A stretch of DNA of 64,000 nucleotides, taken from Acidimicrobiia bacterium (GTDB lineage: Bacteria; Actinomycetota; Acidimicrobiia; IMCC26256; JAMXLJ01). Location of the stretch: NCBI GenBank assembly GCA_035651955.1, contig DASRES010000024.1, positions 12,482 through 76,481 on the forward strand, read 5' to 3'. Shown in pieces: positions 35,987 to 48,709 of the stretch. A program made the position numbers and the translations under genes. A model generated the notes under the pieces. That model had not been told where the DNA came from. It worked only from the letters and a program-made list of their open reading frames with translations, and did not search any database. Position 1 is the stretch's first letter; each line of letters begins with the position of its first letter.

Positions 35987-36661
35987 TCACGCGTCCAGGG
36001 TGAACGCGACGCAGCAGCAGCCTTCGCGCGGGTCGAGACGCACGGCGTGCTCCGGCACGCCGAGGGCCGCGACGAGCCCGCGCAGCAACGCGTGGTTCAT
36101 CCCGCACACGAGGTCGCGATGGTCCTGAGCGAGGGCGTCGAACGGGCAGTTGCGCAACCGCACGACACCGTCGTCCTCGTACGGCTCGTACCCCCGGTCG
36201 CGCAGGAGCGTGTCGACCGCGCCCCCGCCGTCATGGCTCGCGTCCGCCCCGAGCTGCGCGCCGAACCGGTACGCCTCGTCGAGCAGCGCGCGCCGCGCGC
36301 CGGTGTCGGTCTCGGCGGCCCGTGCGAGCAGCCGCGCCGCGACCTCGTAGTCGCGCGGCGGCAACGAGACCTGGAGCGCCTTCCGCGCGCGCGTGTAGAG
36401 CTTGGCCGGCCGGCCCGCGCCCGGCCCCCGGCGACCGCTGCGTCGCTCGTAGCGCACCTCGAGGAGGCCGTCCGCGACGAGCCGGTCGAGGTGGTACGCG
36501 GCGAGCGACCGGCTCACGCCCAGGGCCTGGGCGGCGTCGTCGCGGCCGACGTCGCCGCCCGCGTCCACGACGTGGCGGTACAGCGCCCGCCGCATCGGGT
36601 CGGCGAGGCTCGTGATCCCGTCCGCCGCGGGCCCGAGGACGCCGTCTCGCTCGTCGGTCAC
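35987..36661 (-). CDS. ArsR/HTH_20-type transcriptional regulator with a Cys-rich C-terminal domain
   Basis: GTG start. RRALYRHVVDAGGDVGRDDAAQALGVSRSLAAYHLDRLVADGLLEV is the winged helix. The C-terminus carries NCPF...VCGMNHALL...GCCCVAF. Confidence 0.75.
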   Translation of the reverse strand: MTDERDGVLGPAADGITSLADPMRRALYRHVVDAGGDVGRDDAAQALGVSRSLAAYHLDRLVADGLLEVRYERRSGRRGPGAGRPAKLYTRARKALQVSLPPRDYEVAARLLARAAETDTGARRALLDEAYRFGAQLGADASHDGGGAVDTLLRDRGYEPYEDDGVVRLRNCPFDALAQDHRDLVCGMNHALLRGLVAALGVPEHAVRLDPREGCCCVAFTLDA

Positions 36662-36686
36662 GTCGTCATTCTAAAGCCAACAACGA

Positions 36687-36715
36687 TTGACGGAAGACCA
36701 TCCCGCTTCTAGCGT
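36687..36715 (+). promoter_or_regulatory. Sigma-70-like promoter TTGACG-N17-TAGCGT, 6 nt before the GTG start (leaderless)
   Basis: The -35 element is at 36687-36692 and the -10 at 36710-36715, with the start codon at 36722. It lies in an AT-richer 60-bp divergent gap. Confidence 0.5.
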
Positions 36716-36721
36716 AGGGCC

Positions 36722-37156
36722 GTGTTGCCGATAGAGACGGGCGGCGCCGCCGCCGACGCGGGCAGCTACGAGGACGTCGTCGTCGTGCGCGACCTGCGGG
36801 TCCGGGCCCGGTGCGCGTGCCACCGGCTGCCGGTCGACGCGCTGCTCCACGTCGGCTACCTGCCCGCCGGCCGGCTGGTCGCGACCGGCGACCTCGCCGA
36901 CGCGGTGACGTCGCTCGCCCGCGACGAGTGGGTACAACCGGAGGCGGCGGCCCACGTCGCGGACTGGGTCGTCGGCGTGAGCGGGGCGCGAGGAGTCGGG
37001 GTCGTGGTCGAGAGCCGGTTCAGCTGCGCGGGCGGCGATGGTCGTGAGGGTCGCGCCGCGCTCCTCACGACCACTACGCGCGGCGCGCTCCGCGACGACG
37101 CCGTCCGCCGCGGCGAGTTCCTGGCAGCGCTGCGGCGCGGGCACGGCACGCGATGA
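36722..37156 (+). CDS. Divergent GTP cyclohydrolase I (T-fold) family protein, short form
   Basis: It aligns by eye with the FolE core: VVVRDLRVRARCACHRLPVDALLHVGYLPAGRLVATGDLADAVTSLARDEWVQPE...GVGVVVESRFSCAGG...TTTTRGALRDDAVRRGEFLAAL. The CEHH and HMCM motifs are replaced by CACH and RFSC. Confidence 0.6.
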   Translation: MLPIETGGAAADAGSYEDVVVVRDLRVRARCACHRLPVDALLHVGYLPAGRLVATGDLADAVTSLARDEWVQPEAAAHVADWVVGVSGARGVGVVVESRFSCAGGDGREGRAALLTTTTRGALRDDAVRRGEFLAALRRGHGTR

Positions 37157-37518
37157 CGAGCGAGCGCGTGCGGGTCAAGCGCGTGTACGAGGCCGCGGCA
37201 CGCGGTGACGGCGCGCGCCTGCTCGTCGACCGCCTCTGGCCACGCGGGTTGCGCAAGGAGGACGCCGACTTCGAGTGGCACAAGGAGCTCGCGCCGAGCA
37301 CCGAGCTGCGCCGCTTCTACGGTCACGTGCCCGAGCGGTTCGACGAGTTCGCGAAGCGCTATCGCGACGAGCTGCGCGCAGCCGACGCGGCCGACGCGCT
37401 CGCGCACGTCCGCAGCCTCGCGCGACGGCGACCCGTCACGCTGCTGACCGCGACGAAGGACGTCGACCACTCGGGCGCAGCCGTCCTCGCGGACGTCGTG
37501 CGGGGGCGCCGTCGCTGA
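37153..37518 (+). CDS. DUF488 (YeaO-like) family protein
   Basis: ATGA overlap with the upstream gene. RVKRVYEAAARGDGARLLVDRLWPRGLRKEDADFEWHKELAPSTELRRFYGH is a YeaO-type pattern. Confidence 0.75.
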   Translation: MTSERVRVKRVYEAAARGDGARLLVDRLWPRGLRKEDADFEWHKELAPSTELRRFYGHVPERFDEFAKRYRDELRAADAADALAHVRSLARRRPVTLLTATKDVDHSGAAVLADVVRGRRR

Positions 37519-37586
37519 TGCGGACGAACGCCGGCCGTGGGCGGATGCCCGGGACGGCCGGCGCCGAGGAAGCCATGAGCCTGGCG

Positions 37587-38483
37587 TCAGGCGCGCGCCG
37601 CGACGCGCTCTTCGCGCCGCTCCGAGAGCCGCCGTGCCGCGCGTCCGACCCGTTCGACGTGGCACAGCAGCGCGTCACGCGCCCGCTCCGCGTGATCCGT
37701 CAGCCCGTCGAGCTCGGCGACGCGCCAGTGCTGGAGCACGACCGGGATCAGGATCTGTGCATGGTGGATCGAGAAGTCGTACACGCCCGCCGCGGCGACG
37801 GCGCGCGCGTGCCGCTCGAAGTCGGGCACACCGGTCCCCGGCATCGCGAACGCGCGGACCTGACGGTCGATCGCGCACACCATCGTCGAGCGGTCGACGT
37901 CGAGGGCGGCGGTCGCGAGATCACGGTAGAAGAGGAAGTGGAGGTTCTCGTCGCTCGCGACGCGCGCCATGACGTCGTAGCCGACGCGGTCGTCGAGGAG
38001 CTTGCCGGTGTTGCGGTGCGAGATGCGCGTCGCGAGCTCCTGCAGCGCCACGTACGCGAGCGCGTCGGCCAGCGTCGCCGGCTCCGGGACGACGCCGCCC
38101 GAGACCTGCGCCATGCGCGCCCGCTCGAGGACGACCGGGTCGACGGCGCGCGTGACCGTCATGTAGTCCCGGATCACGATGGCGTGCCGCCCCTCCTCGG
38201 CGGTCCACGTCCGCGTCCACGCGTCCCAGGCGTCGCCCGCCCGGAGCCGGGTCAACGTGTGGAAGTAGAAGGGCAGGTTGTCCTCGGTGAGGAGGTTCAG
38301 GAACAGCGCGCTGCGAGCCGGCTCCGGGATGCCGGCGTCGGCGGGCTCCCAGGCCTCGTCGGGCTCGAAGTCGCGGCCCGCGGTCCACGGGACGAGCAGG
38401 TGCGGGAACCACTCCCGCCGCCGCTCCAGGTGACGGTCGAGCAACGTGGAGACGGTCGGTGCGAGGGCTCGGGCGAGGTCCAT
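37587..38483 (-). CDS. Soluble diiron acyl-ACP desaturase (DesA1/DesA2-like)
   Basis: LLTEDNLPFYFH...WTAEEGRHAIVIRDY...ALQELATRISHRNTG...ASDENLHFLFY are acyl-ACP desaturase diiron motifs. Confidence 0.85.
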   Translation of the reverse strand: MDLARALAPTVSTLLDRHLERRREWFPHLLVPWTAGRDFEPDEAWEPADAGIPEPARSALFLNLLTEDNLPFYFHTLTRLRAGDAWDAWTRTWTAEEGRHAIVIRDYMTVTRAVDPVVLERARMAQVSGGVVPEPATLADALAYVALQELATRISHRNTGKLLDDRVGYDVMARVASDENLHFLFYRDLATAALDVDRSTMVCAIDRQVRAFAMPGTGVPDFERHARAVAAAGVYDFSIHHAQILIPVVLQHWRVAELDGLTDHAERARDALLCHVERVGRAARRLSERREERVAARA

Positions 38484-38493
38484 CGCACTGCAG

Positions 38494-38513
38494 CCTACCT
38501 ACCGGTCGGTAGG
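38494..38513 (-). promoter_or_regulatory. Desaturase operator copy 2: CCTACCGACCGGTAGGTAGG (minus-strand reading)
   Basis: It ends 10 nt upstream of the acyl-ACP desaturase ATG. It contains the CTACCG-AC-CGGTAG palindrome and is near-identical to 30982-31000. Confidence 0.65.
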
Positions 38514-38571
38514 GCGAATCGAGCCGTGCGTCACGCTTCGGCACACGCAGGCAGGTGTCGCCCGCGGCGGG

Positions 38572-39456
38572 TCAGACGTCGAGGAACCGGCGGAGGCCGA
38601 CCGCGCTGGCGATGACGCCGATCGCGGCCCCCAGGATCAGCACCAGGAAGCCGATCGACCATGCGTCGCGCGTCGTCAGGAAGAAGGTCTGCACGAACCC
38701 GGAGCCGCCTGCGAGCGCGCTCGAGAGCCGGACCTTCAGGAAGTAGACGACCGCGAAGGCGAGCCCGGCGCCGATGATCCCCTGCACGAACCCTTCGGCG
38801 AGGAAGGGGATGCGGACGAACCAGTTCGACGCGCCGACGAGCTTCATCACCTCGATCTCTCGTCGCCGTGCGAAGGTCGCGAGCCGCACCGTGTTCACGA
38901 TGAGGAACAGCGCGGCCGCGAGCAGCAGCACGAACGCGATCGTGAACGCGCGCTTGATCCAGTTCGTCACCGAGAAGATCGTCTTCAACGCCTGGCGCGC
39001 GGTGACGACGGTCTTCACGCCGGGCAGGACGCGGAACTGATCCGCGAGCGTCTCGGTCTGCTCGGCCTTCTTCGGCGCGACGCGGAACGACTCCGGCAAC
39101 GCGTTGGCGTCGATGTCCTGTGACAGCTCGGGCTCGTTCTTCGTCAGGCGCTTGAACTCCTTCAACGCCTGCGGCTTGTCGATGAACTGGTAGCTCTTGA
39201 CCTGCGGCGAGCTCGAGATCGCCTCGCGGACGGCGTCGATCTGGTTCTGCGTCGCGTCGACGTTCATGAACACCTCGAAGCGGACGCCGTGCTTCCACTT
39301 CGCGGTGCCGTGGTCGACGAGACGCGACACGAGCAGCGCCGTGCCGAGCACCGAGAGCGAGACGGTGACCGTGATGATCCCGGCCAGCGTCATGAGCAGG
39401 TTGCGGCGCAGCGAGATCAGCGTCTCGCGCGCGAAGTAGCGCAGCTTCGCCAACAT
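38572..39456 (-). CDS. ftsX: Cell-division ABC transporter permease FtsX
   Basis: MLAKLRYFARETLISLRRNLLMTLAGIITV... has the FtsX topology and lies downstream of ftsE. Confidence 0.95.
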   Translation of the reverse strand: MLAKLRYFARETLISLRRNLLMTLAGIITVTVSLSVLGTALLVSRLVDHGTAKWKHGVRFEVFMNVDATQNQIDAVREAISSSPQVKSYQFIDKPQALKEFKRLTKNEPELSQDIDANALPESFRVAPKKAEQTETLADQFRVLPGVKTVVTARQALKTIFSVTNWIKRAFTIAFVLLLAAALFLIVNTVRLATFARRREIEVMKLVGASNWFVRIPFLAEGFVQGIIGAGLAFAVVYFLKVRLSSALAGGSGFVQTFFLTTRDAWSIGFLVLILGAAIGVIASAVGLRRFLDV

Positions 39457-39469
39457 GAGTGAGCCTCGC

Positions 39470-40156
39470 TCAGCTTCCTACGCCGTAGACGCCTCGCGCC
39501 TGGTCGCGCACGAGCGACCCGTGGTCGAGCTCGATGACGCGGCGGCGCATCGTGTCGACGATGCGCGCGTCGTGCGTCGCCATGACGACGGTCGTCCCGG
39601 TCCGGTTGATGCGGTCGAGGAGTCGCATGATCCCGACCGTCGTCGCGGGGTCGAGGTTCCCGGTCGGCTCGTCGGCGAGGAGGATCAGCGGACGGTTCAC
39701 GAACGCGCGCGCGATCGACACGCGTTGCTGCTCGCCACCGGAGAGCTCGTTCGGGAAGTTGTCGGCCTTCTTCGACAGGCCGACGAGGTCGAGGATCTGC
39801 GGGACCTGCGAACGCGTCACGTGGCGCGGGCGACCCACGACCTCGGGCGCGAACGCGACGTTCTCGTAGACCGTCTTGTTGGGCAGCAGCTTGTAGTCCT
39901 GGAAGATGCAACCGATGTTGCGGCGCAGCTGCGGCACCTTCCACGACGCGAGGCGCGTGATGTCGCGGCCCGCGACGATGATCCGGCCGTCGGTCGGCAG
40001 GTCCTCGCGCAGCAGCAGGCGGAGGAACGTCGACTTCCCCGAGCCCGACGGGCCGACGAGGAAGACGAACTCGCCCTTCTGCACGTCCACCGAGACGTCG
40101 CGGAGCGCGACGACATCACCCTTGTAGACCTTGGAAACCCGCTCGAACCGGATCAT
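39470..40156 (-). CDS. ftsE: Cell-division ATP-binding protein FtsE
   Basis: [13 protein letters not shown]...GPSGSGKST...[14 protein letters not shown]...[11 protein letters not shown]. Confidence 0.95.
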   Translation of the reverse strand: MIRFERVSKVYKGDVVALRDVSVDVQKGEFVFLVGPSGSGKSTFLRLLLREDLPTDGRIIVAGRDITRLASWKVPQLRRNIGCIFQDYKLLPNKTVYENVAFAPEVVGRPRHVTRSQVPQILDLVGLSKKADNFPNELSGGEQQRVSIARAFVNRPLILLADEPTGNLDPATTVGIMRLLDRINRTGTTVVMATHDARIVDTMRRRVIELDHGSLVRDQARGVYGVGS

Positions 40157-40207
40157 GAGCCTCGCCAGGGTACCAGTGGTCGCCGCTCCGCCCGGGACGG
40201 GGGAAGC

Positions 40208-41308
40208 TTACGACTCGCGGCGTCGCCAGTGGAGGTACGCCTCGACGAAGGGATCGACGTCGCCGTCGAGGACGGCTTGCACGTTGCCTGTCTCGACACG
40301 TGTGCGCTCGTCCTTCACGAGTTGGTACGGCGCGAGCGTGTACGTGCGGATCTGGCTGCCGAACGCGACGTCGCGCTTCTCGCCGGACAGCTGCTCGAGC
40401 TGCGCGCGCCGTTCCTCGCGCTGTCGTTCCGCGAGGCGCGCCGCGAGGATCTGCATCGCCTTCGCGCGGTTCTGGATCTGTGACCGCTCGTTCTGGCACG
40501 ACACGACGATGCCGGTCGGCAGGTGCGTGATGCGCACGGCGGAGTCCGTGACGTTCACGTGCTGACCGCCGGCGCCGGACGACCGGTACGTGTCGATGCG
40601 CAAGTCGTTCTGATCGATCTCCGGCTGCTCGGCCTCGTCCAGCGCGGGGACCGCGTCGAACGACGCGAACGCGGTCTGGCGCCGCGCGTTCGCGTCGAAC
40701 GGCGAGATGCGGATGAGGCGGTGCACGCCCTTCTCACCGGTCAGGAGCCCGTACGCGTACCGGCCCTTCACGATGAAGGTCGCCGAGCTGATGCCCGCCT
40801 CCGTTCCCGGGTTCGCGGCGTCGAGCTCGACCTCGAACCCGCGACGTTCGGCCCAGCGCGTGTACATGCGCAGCAGCATCTCGGTCCAGTCCTGCGCGTC
40901 CGTACCGCCCGCGCCCGAGTGCACCTCGCAGATCGCGTCACGTTCGTCGTGCTCACCGGTGAAGAGCGCGCGCAGCTCCAGCTCGTCGAGCGCGGTCCGC
41001 ACGCGCGCGATCGTCTGCTCGATCTCCGGCTCGACGGAGTCGTCGCCCTCTTCGCGACCCAGCTCGAACAACGTCTGCGCGTCGTCGAGGTCCGCGCCGA
41101 GACGGGTCACGACCTCGACGTCGTCACGGACGCGCGCGAGCTCGGTCGTCACCTTGCGCGCGGCGTCGGGGTCGTCCCAGAGGTCGGGACGGCTCGCTTC
41201 CTTCTCGAGCCGCTCGAGGTCGGCGTGCAGCGCGTCGACGCGCAGGTACGCGTGCGCGTCGTCGACGCGGCGGCGGAGCTCCGCGAGCTCTTCTGAGTGG
41301 TCGCGCAT
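40208..41308 (-). CDS. prfB: Peptide chain release factor 2 (single frame, no programmed frameshift)
   Basis: SPF (RISPFDA) and GGQ (GAGGQHVN) motifs are present. The 366-aa frame is uninterrupted. Confidence 0.95.
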   Translation of the reverse strand: MRDHSEELAELRRRVDDAHAYLRVDALHADLERLEKEASRPDLWDDPDAARKVTTELARVRDDVEVVTRLGADLDDAQTLFELGREEGDDSVEPEIEQTIARVRTALDELELRALFTGEHDERDAICEVHSGAGGTDAQDWTEMLLRMYTRWAERRGFEVELDAANPGTEAGISSATFIVKGRYAYGLLTGEKGVHRLIRISPFDANARRQTAFASFDAVPALDEAEQPEIDQNDLRIDTYRSSGAGGQHVNVTDSAVRITHLPTGIVVSCQNERSQIQNRAKAMQILAARLAERQREERRAQLEQLSGEKRDVAFGSQIRTYTLAPYQLVKDERTRVETGNVQAVLDGDVDPFVEAYLHWRRRES

Positions 41309-41329
41309 GGGCAGGACCGGCCCGACCGC

Positions 41330-44071
<2,742 letters not shown>

Positions 44072-44122
44072 GGGGAACCCACTCTACCGGCGGCCTCCCC
44101 GGCCCCTGACGCGCTCGCTGGG

Positions 44123-44701
44123 CTACCCGACCGCCTCTATCAAACCGAGGTGGCCGTCGCGGCGGCGGTAGATGACGGCGGCCTGGCCCGACTCCGCGTT
44201 CGTGAAGAAGTAGAAGTCGTGGCCGAGCAGGTCCATCTGCAGCGCGGCCTCCTCGGGTGCCATCGGCTTGATCGTGAACTGCTTGTTCTTCACGATGAGC
44301 GCGGCGCCGTCCTCCTCGGCCTCGTCCTCGTCGACGAGCCCGGACGCGTCCTCGACGAGCGGCGCGGCGCCCGCGCCGATCCGCCGGCGGCGCGGATGAG
44401 ACCGGTGCACGCGCTTGTCCTTCACCCGCGCCACCTGGTGCGACACCTTGTCGAGCACGAGGTCGAGTGCCGCCGCGAGCTCGGTGGCCGACGCGTGCGC
44501 CTTCACGAAGTGACGCTTGAGATGGACCGTCACCTCGCAGAGCTGGTTCGCGGAGACCCTCGGGTTGCGGATCTCCGAGTAGTCGACCTCGACGCGCCCG
44601 ACGTCCGCGGCGAGCCGGCTGAGCTTCGTGAGCTTCTCCTCGGTGAGGGCCTTCAGCCGTGCCGGGACCGGGACGTTCTTGCCGCGGACGACGATCTGCA
44701 T
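44123..44701 (-). CDS. hpf: Ribosome hibernation-promoting factor, long form
   Basis: MQIVVRGKNVPVPARLKALTEEKLTKLSRL... The ATG at 44701 has a GGAGG SD 5 nt upstream (the track start, a GTG at 44707, overlaps the SD). TATACT (-10-like) lies at 44769-44764 on the minus strand. Confidence 0.9.
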   Translation of the reverse strand: MQIVVRGKNVPVPARLKALTEEKLTKLSRLAADVGRVEVDYSEIRNPRVSANQLCEVTVHLKRHFVKAHASATELAAALDLVLDKVSHQVARVKDKRVHRSHPRRRRIGAGAAPLVEDASGLVDEDEAEEDGAALIVKNKQFTIKPMAPEEAALQMDLLGHDFYFFTNAESGQAAVIYRRRDGHLGLIEAVG

Positions 44702-44804
44702 CGGCACCTCCGCGCGGCCGGACGGAGGTCCGACCTCGGCGTCTCACCGTCGTTGGAACGCGGAGTATACGGACGGCCGGGCCCGGCGACGGCGGGCCGC
44801 GTGG

Positions 44805-45170
44805 TCAGCTCCGGCGGGGGAAGCGCACCACCGCCGTCCCGGCGAAGAACGCGGCGAGGCGTTCCGCGACCGCGTCGGCGGGCGGGTCGTAGGTCCCGGT
44901 GGCGACCTGCTCGCGGATCCGGCGGATCCGTGCCGCGCGCAGCTCGTCGACGACCTCGTCGACCGGATCGTTCGCGGTGGCCGGCGCCGGCGGGATCCGC
45001 TCGGCGTCCGGCGCGCTGGCCGGCGCGGGCGGCCGGCGGTTCGCGTCGCTCGACCGACCGCGCCGCCCACCGTGGTGCTCGACCCTGCTGGTCCTCATCC
45101 CTTCGTCGCCCCTGACTCCCGCCCCGTCGAATGCCGCTTTCTGCGGTCGCCTGACAGCGTCGCGCGTCAT
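44805..45170 (-). CDS. FlgM-like (anti-sigma-28 family) small protein
   Basis: The C-terminus VDEVVDELRAARIRRIREQVATGTYDPPADAVAERLAAFF matches the FlgM pattern (R-I-x-x-[LI]-[KR]-x-x-[IV]-x-x-G-x-Y). The ATG at 45170 overlaps the comFC stop (ATGA). The alternative start is at 45098. Confidence 0.6.
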   Translation of the reverse strand: MTRDAVRRPQKAAFDGAGVRGDEGMRTSRVEHHGGRRGRSSDANRRPPAPASAPDAERIPPAPATANDPVDEVVDELRAARIRRIREQVATGTYDPPADAVAERLAAFFAGTAVVRFPRRS

Positions 45171-45859
45171 CTCCGCCAGTTGGTGGATGGTCGGCGCACG
45201 CTGCGTGCCGGCAATCCCGCGCGACGTGCTCCGGGAGGTGGGGTGCGCGCCGCGGTCAGCGCGACGACCCTGTGCGCACCCCGGGAGCGCAGGGCGATGG
45301 CCGCGTCGCGCAGCGTCGTGCCGGTGGTCGCGACGTCGTCGACCACGAGCACCGTGGCGCGCGGTACGCGCACACGCGCGTCGAAGCGCGACGGGCCGCC
45401 GCGCCGATCGGCCGACGACAGACCCGTCTGCGCGGTCGAGCCTGCCGCGCGCGTCAGCAACGCGCGTACAGGGACGCGCAGCCGGCGCGCGACCGCGCGT
45501 GCCAGGAGCTCGGCATGGTCGAAGCCGCGCTCACGGCGCCGGGCGGTGGTGGTCGGCCCCCAGGTGACGACGTCGACGGCGCACTCAGTGAGCGAATCGG
45601 CCATCGCAGCTGCGAGCCACGCGACGGCGCCGTGCGCGCGCCGGTACTTCACGCGCGCGACGAGCTCGCGCGCCACACCGTCGTACGCGAAGGGCGCGTA
45701 CCACGCATCGACGCCGACCGGCGGCGCGACCGGAGGCGGCGGACGCATGGTCGCCGCGCAGGACGCGCACACGGGTTCGGCGCGCGCGCCGCACCCCGGA
45801 CAGCGCATCGGGAACAGCGTCGCGACCAGATCGTGCAACACGCCGTCGACGGTATCCAC
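45167..45859 (-). CDS. comFC: ComF family phosphoribosyltransferase-domain protein
   Basis: N-terminal zinc finger (CPGCG...CASC) and a PRTase loop (VLVVDDVATTGTTL). Confidence 0.9.
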   Translation of the reverse strand: MDTVDGVLHDLVATLFPMRCPGCGARAEPVCASCAATMRPPPPVAPPVGVDAWYAPFAYDGVARELVARVKYRRAHGAVAWLAAAMADSLTECAVDVVTWGPTTTARRRERGFDHAELLARAVARRLRVPVRALLTRAAGSTAQTGLSSADRRGGPSRFDARVRVPRATVLVVDDVATTGTTLRDAAIALRSRGAHRVVALTAARTPPPGARRAGLPARSVRRPSTNWRR

Positions 45860-45934
45860 GGGGTGTGTCAGCGATCGCTCGTGCGTCGCTGAGCGCCGTC
45901 ATGCGACAACGAACGACGCACAAGTGCGGGTCGA

Positions 45935-46930
45935 CTACCCGCGTGCCAGGCGGACGGCGCGCGCGAGCGAGCGACCATACGGCCGGCGGGCGACGCCCTG
46001 CTCGGTGACGATCGCGCTGACGAGGCGCGCCGGCGTGACGTCGAACGCGCGGTTGAGCGCGCGGGCACGCGGCGGTGCGACGCGGTTCGAACCCACCTCG
46101 AGCACCTCGCGCGGGTCGCGCTCCTCGACGACGATCCCCGACCCGTCCGGCGTGTCGAGATCCACCGTCGTGGTCGGCGCGGCGACGTAGAACGGCACGC
46201 CGTGATGGCGGGCCAGCACCGCGAGGGAGTACGTCCCGACCTTGTTCGCGACGTCGCCGTTCGCGGCGATCCGGTCCGCGCCGACGACGACCGCGTCGAC
46301 GTCGCCGCCGGCCATCAGGGAGCCGGCCATCGTGTCGGCGACGAGCGTGGCGTCGATCCCGAGCCGTCCGAGCTCCCACGCGGTGAGGCGCGCGCCCTGG
46401 AGGACCGGCCTCGTCTCGTCGACCCACACGCGCGGCGCCTTCCCGGCCTCGGCAGCCGCGCGGATCACGCCGACGGCCGTCCCGTACCCGACGCACGCGA
46501 GCGCGCCCGCGTTGCAGTGCGTCAGCACGCGCGCGCCGTCGTCGAGCAGATCGGCGCCGTGGCGGCCGATCGCGCGGTTCGCGGCGACATCCTCGTCCGC
46601 GATGCGGCGGGCCGCGTCGAGCGCGGCGCCCGCTCCCCCGCGCTCGTACGCGTCGAGCGCGCGGCCGACGCCCCACGCGAGGTTGACGGCCGTCGGCCGC
46701 GTCGCGACGAGACGCGACGCGGCCCGCCGGACGTCCGCACGTCGCGCCGACCGCCGCGCCGCGAGCGCGACGCCGTACGCGCCCGTCGCGCCGAGCGCGG
46801 GCGCGCCGCGTACGGCCATCGACGTGATCGCGTCGCACACCTCGCGCACCGTCGAGCACTCGACGAACGTCAACCGTGCCGGGAGCGCGCGCTGGTCGAT
46901 GAGGCGGACGCGGCCGTTCCGCCATTCCAC
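45935..46930 (-). CDS. mtnA: S-methyl-5-thioribose-1-phosphate isomerase
   Basis: VEWRNGRVRLIDQRALPARLTFVEC...MAVRGAPALGATGAYG...DETRPVLQGARLTAWEL. The track start is at 47017. I prefer the GTG at 46930 because 46953-47005 is a repeat element that also occurs in non-coding sequence. The start remains uncertain. Confidence 0.85.
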   Translation of the reverse strand: MEWRNGRVRLIDQRALPARLTFVECSTVREVCDAITSMAVRGAPALGATGAYGVALAARRSARRADVRRAASRLVATRPTAVNLAWGVGRALDAYERGGAGAALDAARRIADEDVAANRAIGRHGADLLDDGARVLTHCNAGALACVGYGTAVGVIRAAAEAGKAPRVWVDETRPVLQGARLTAWELGRLGIDATLVADTMAGSLMAGGDVDAVVVGADRIAANGDVANKVGTYSLAVLARHHGVPFYVAAPTTTVDLDTPDGSGIVVEERDPREVLEVGSNRVAPPRARALNRAFDVTPARLVSAIVTEQGVARRPYGRSLARAVRLARG

Positions 46931-46952
46931 CGTTGGTGGAATGGCATGCCTG

Positions 46953-47005
46953 CTGGTCGCGCTCGCTGCGGGCCGGGATACCCGGCCCGCAGACGCTCGC
47001 CGCTC
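46953..47005. repeat. 53-nt dispersed element, copy A (perfect 11-bp hairpin TGCGGGCCGGG-ATA-CCCGGCCCGCA at 46966-46990)
   Basis: 48/53 nt are identical to the reverse complement of 54578-54630. It lies 68 nt downstream of the ahcY stop. Confidence 0.8.
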
Positions 47006-47072
47006 CTGCGAGCTCACTCCGGCCTCCGGCCTTCGCTCGCCGCCTCTGCCGAACCCGCTCAGCCGGCTCGCA

Positions 47073-48629
<1,557 letters not shown>

Positions 48630-48709
48630 TCACTGGATGACAGCCGCTTGGACGGCCCGACCGGCCGCCGAGTGTAGCGCCGGGCGAGCCCGGCCACGGA
48701 CGTCGCCTG

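Noticed and set aside
40208-41308. A programmed +1 frameshift in prfB.
   Set aside because: The RF2 frame is continuous over 366 aa. The region where the CUU UGA shifty stop occurs in other bacteria reads ...AHAYLRVDALH... without a stop.
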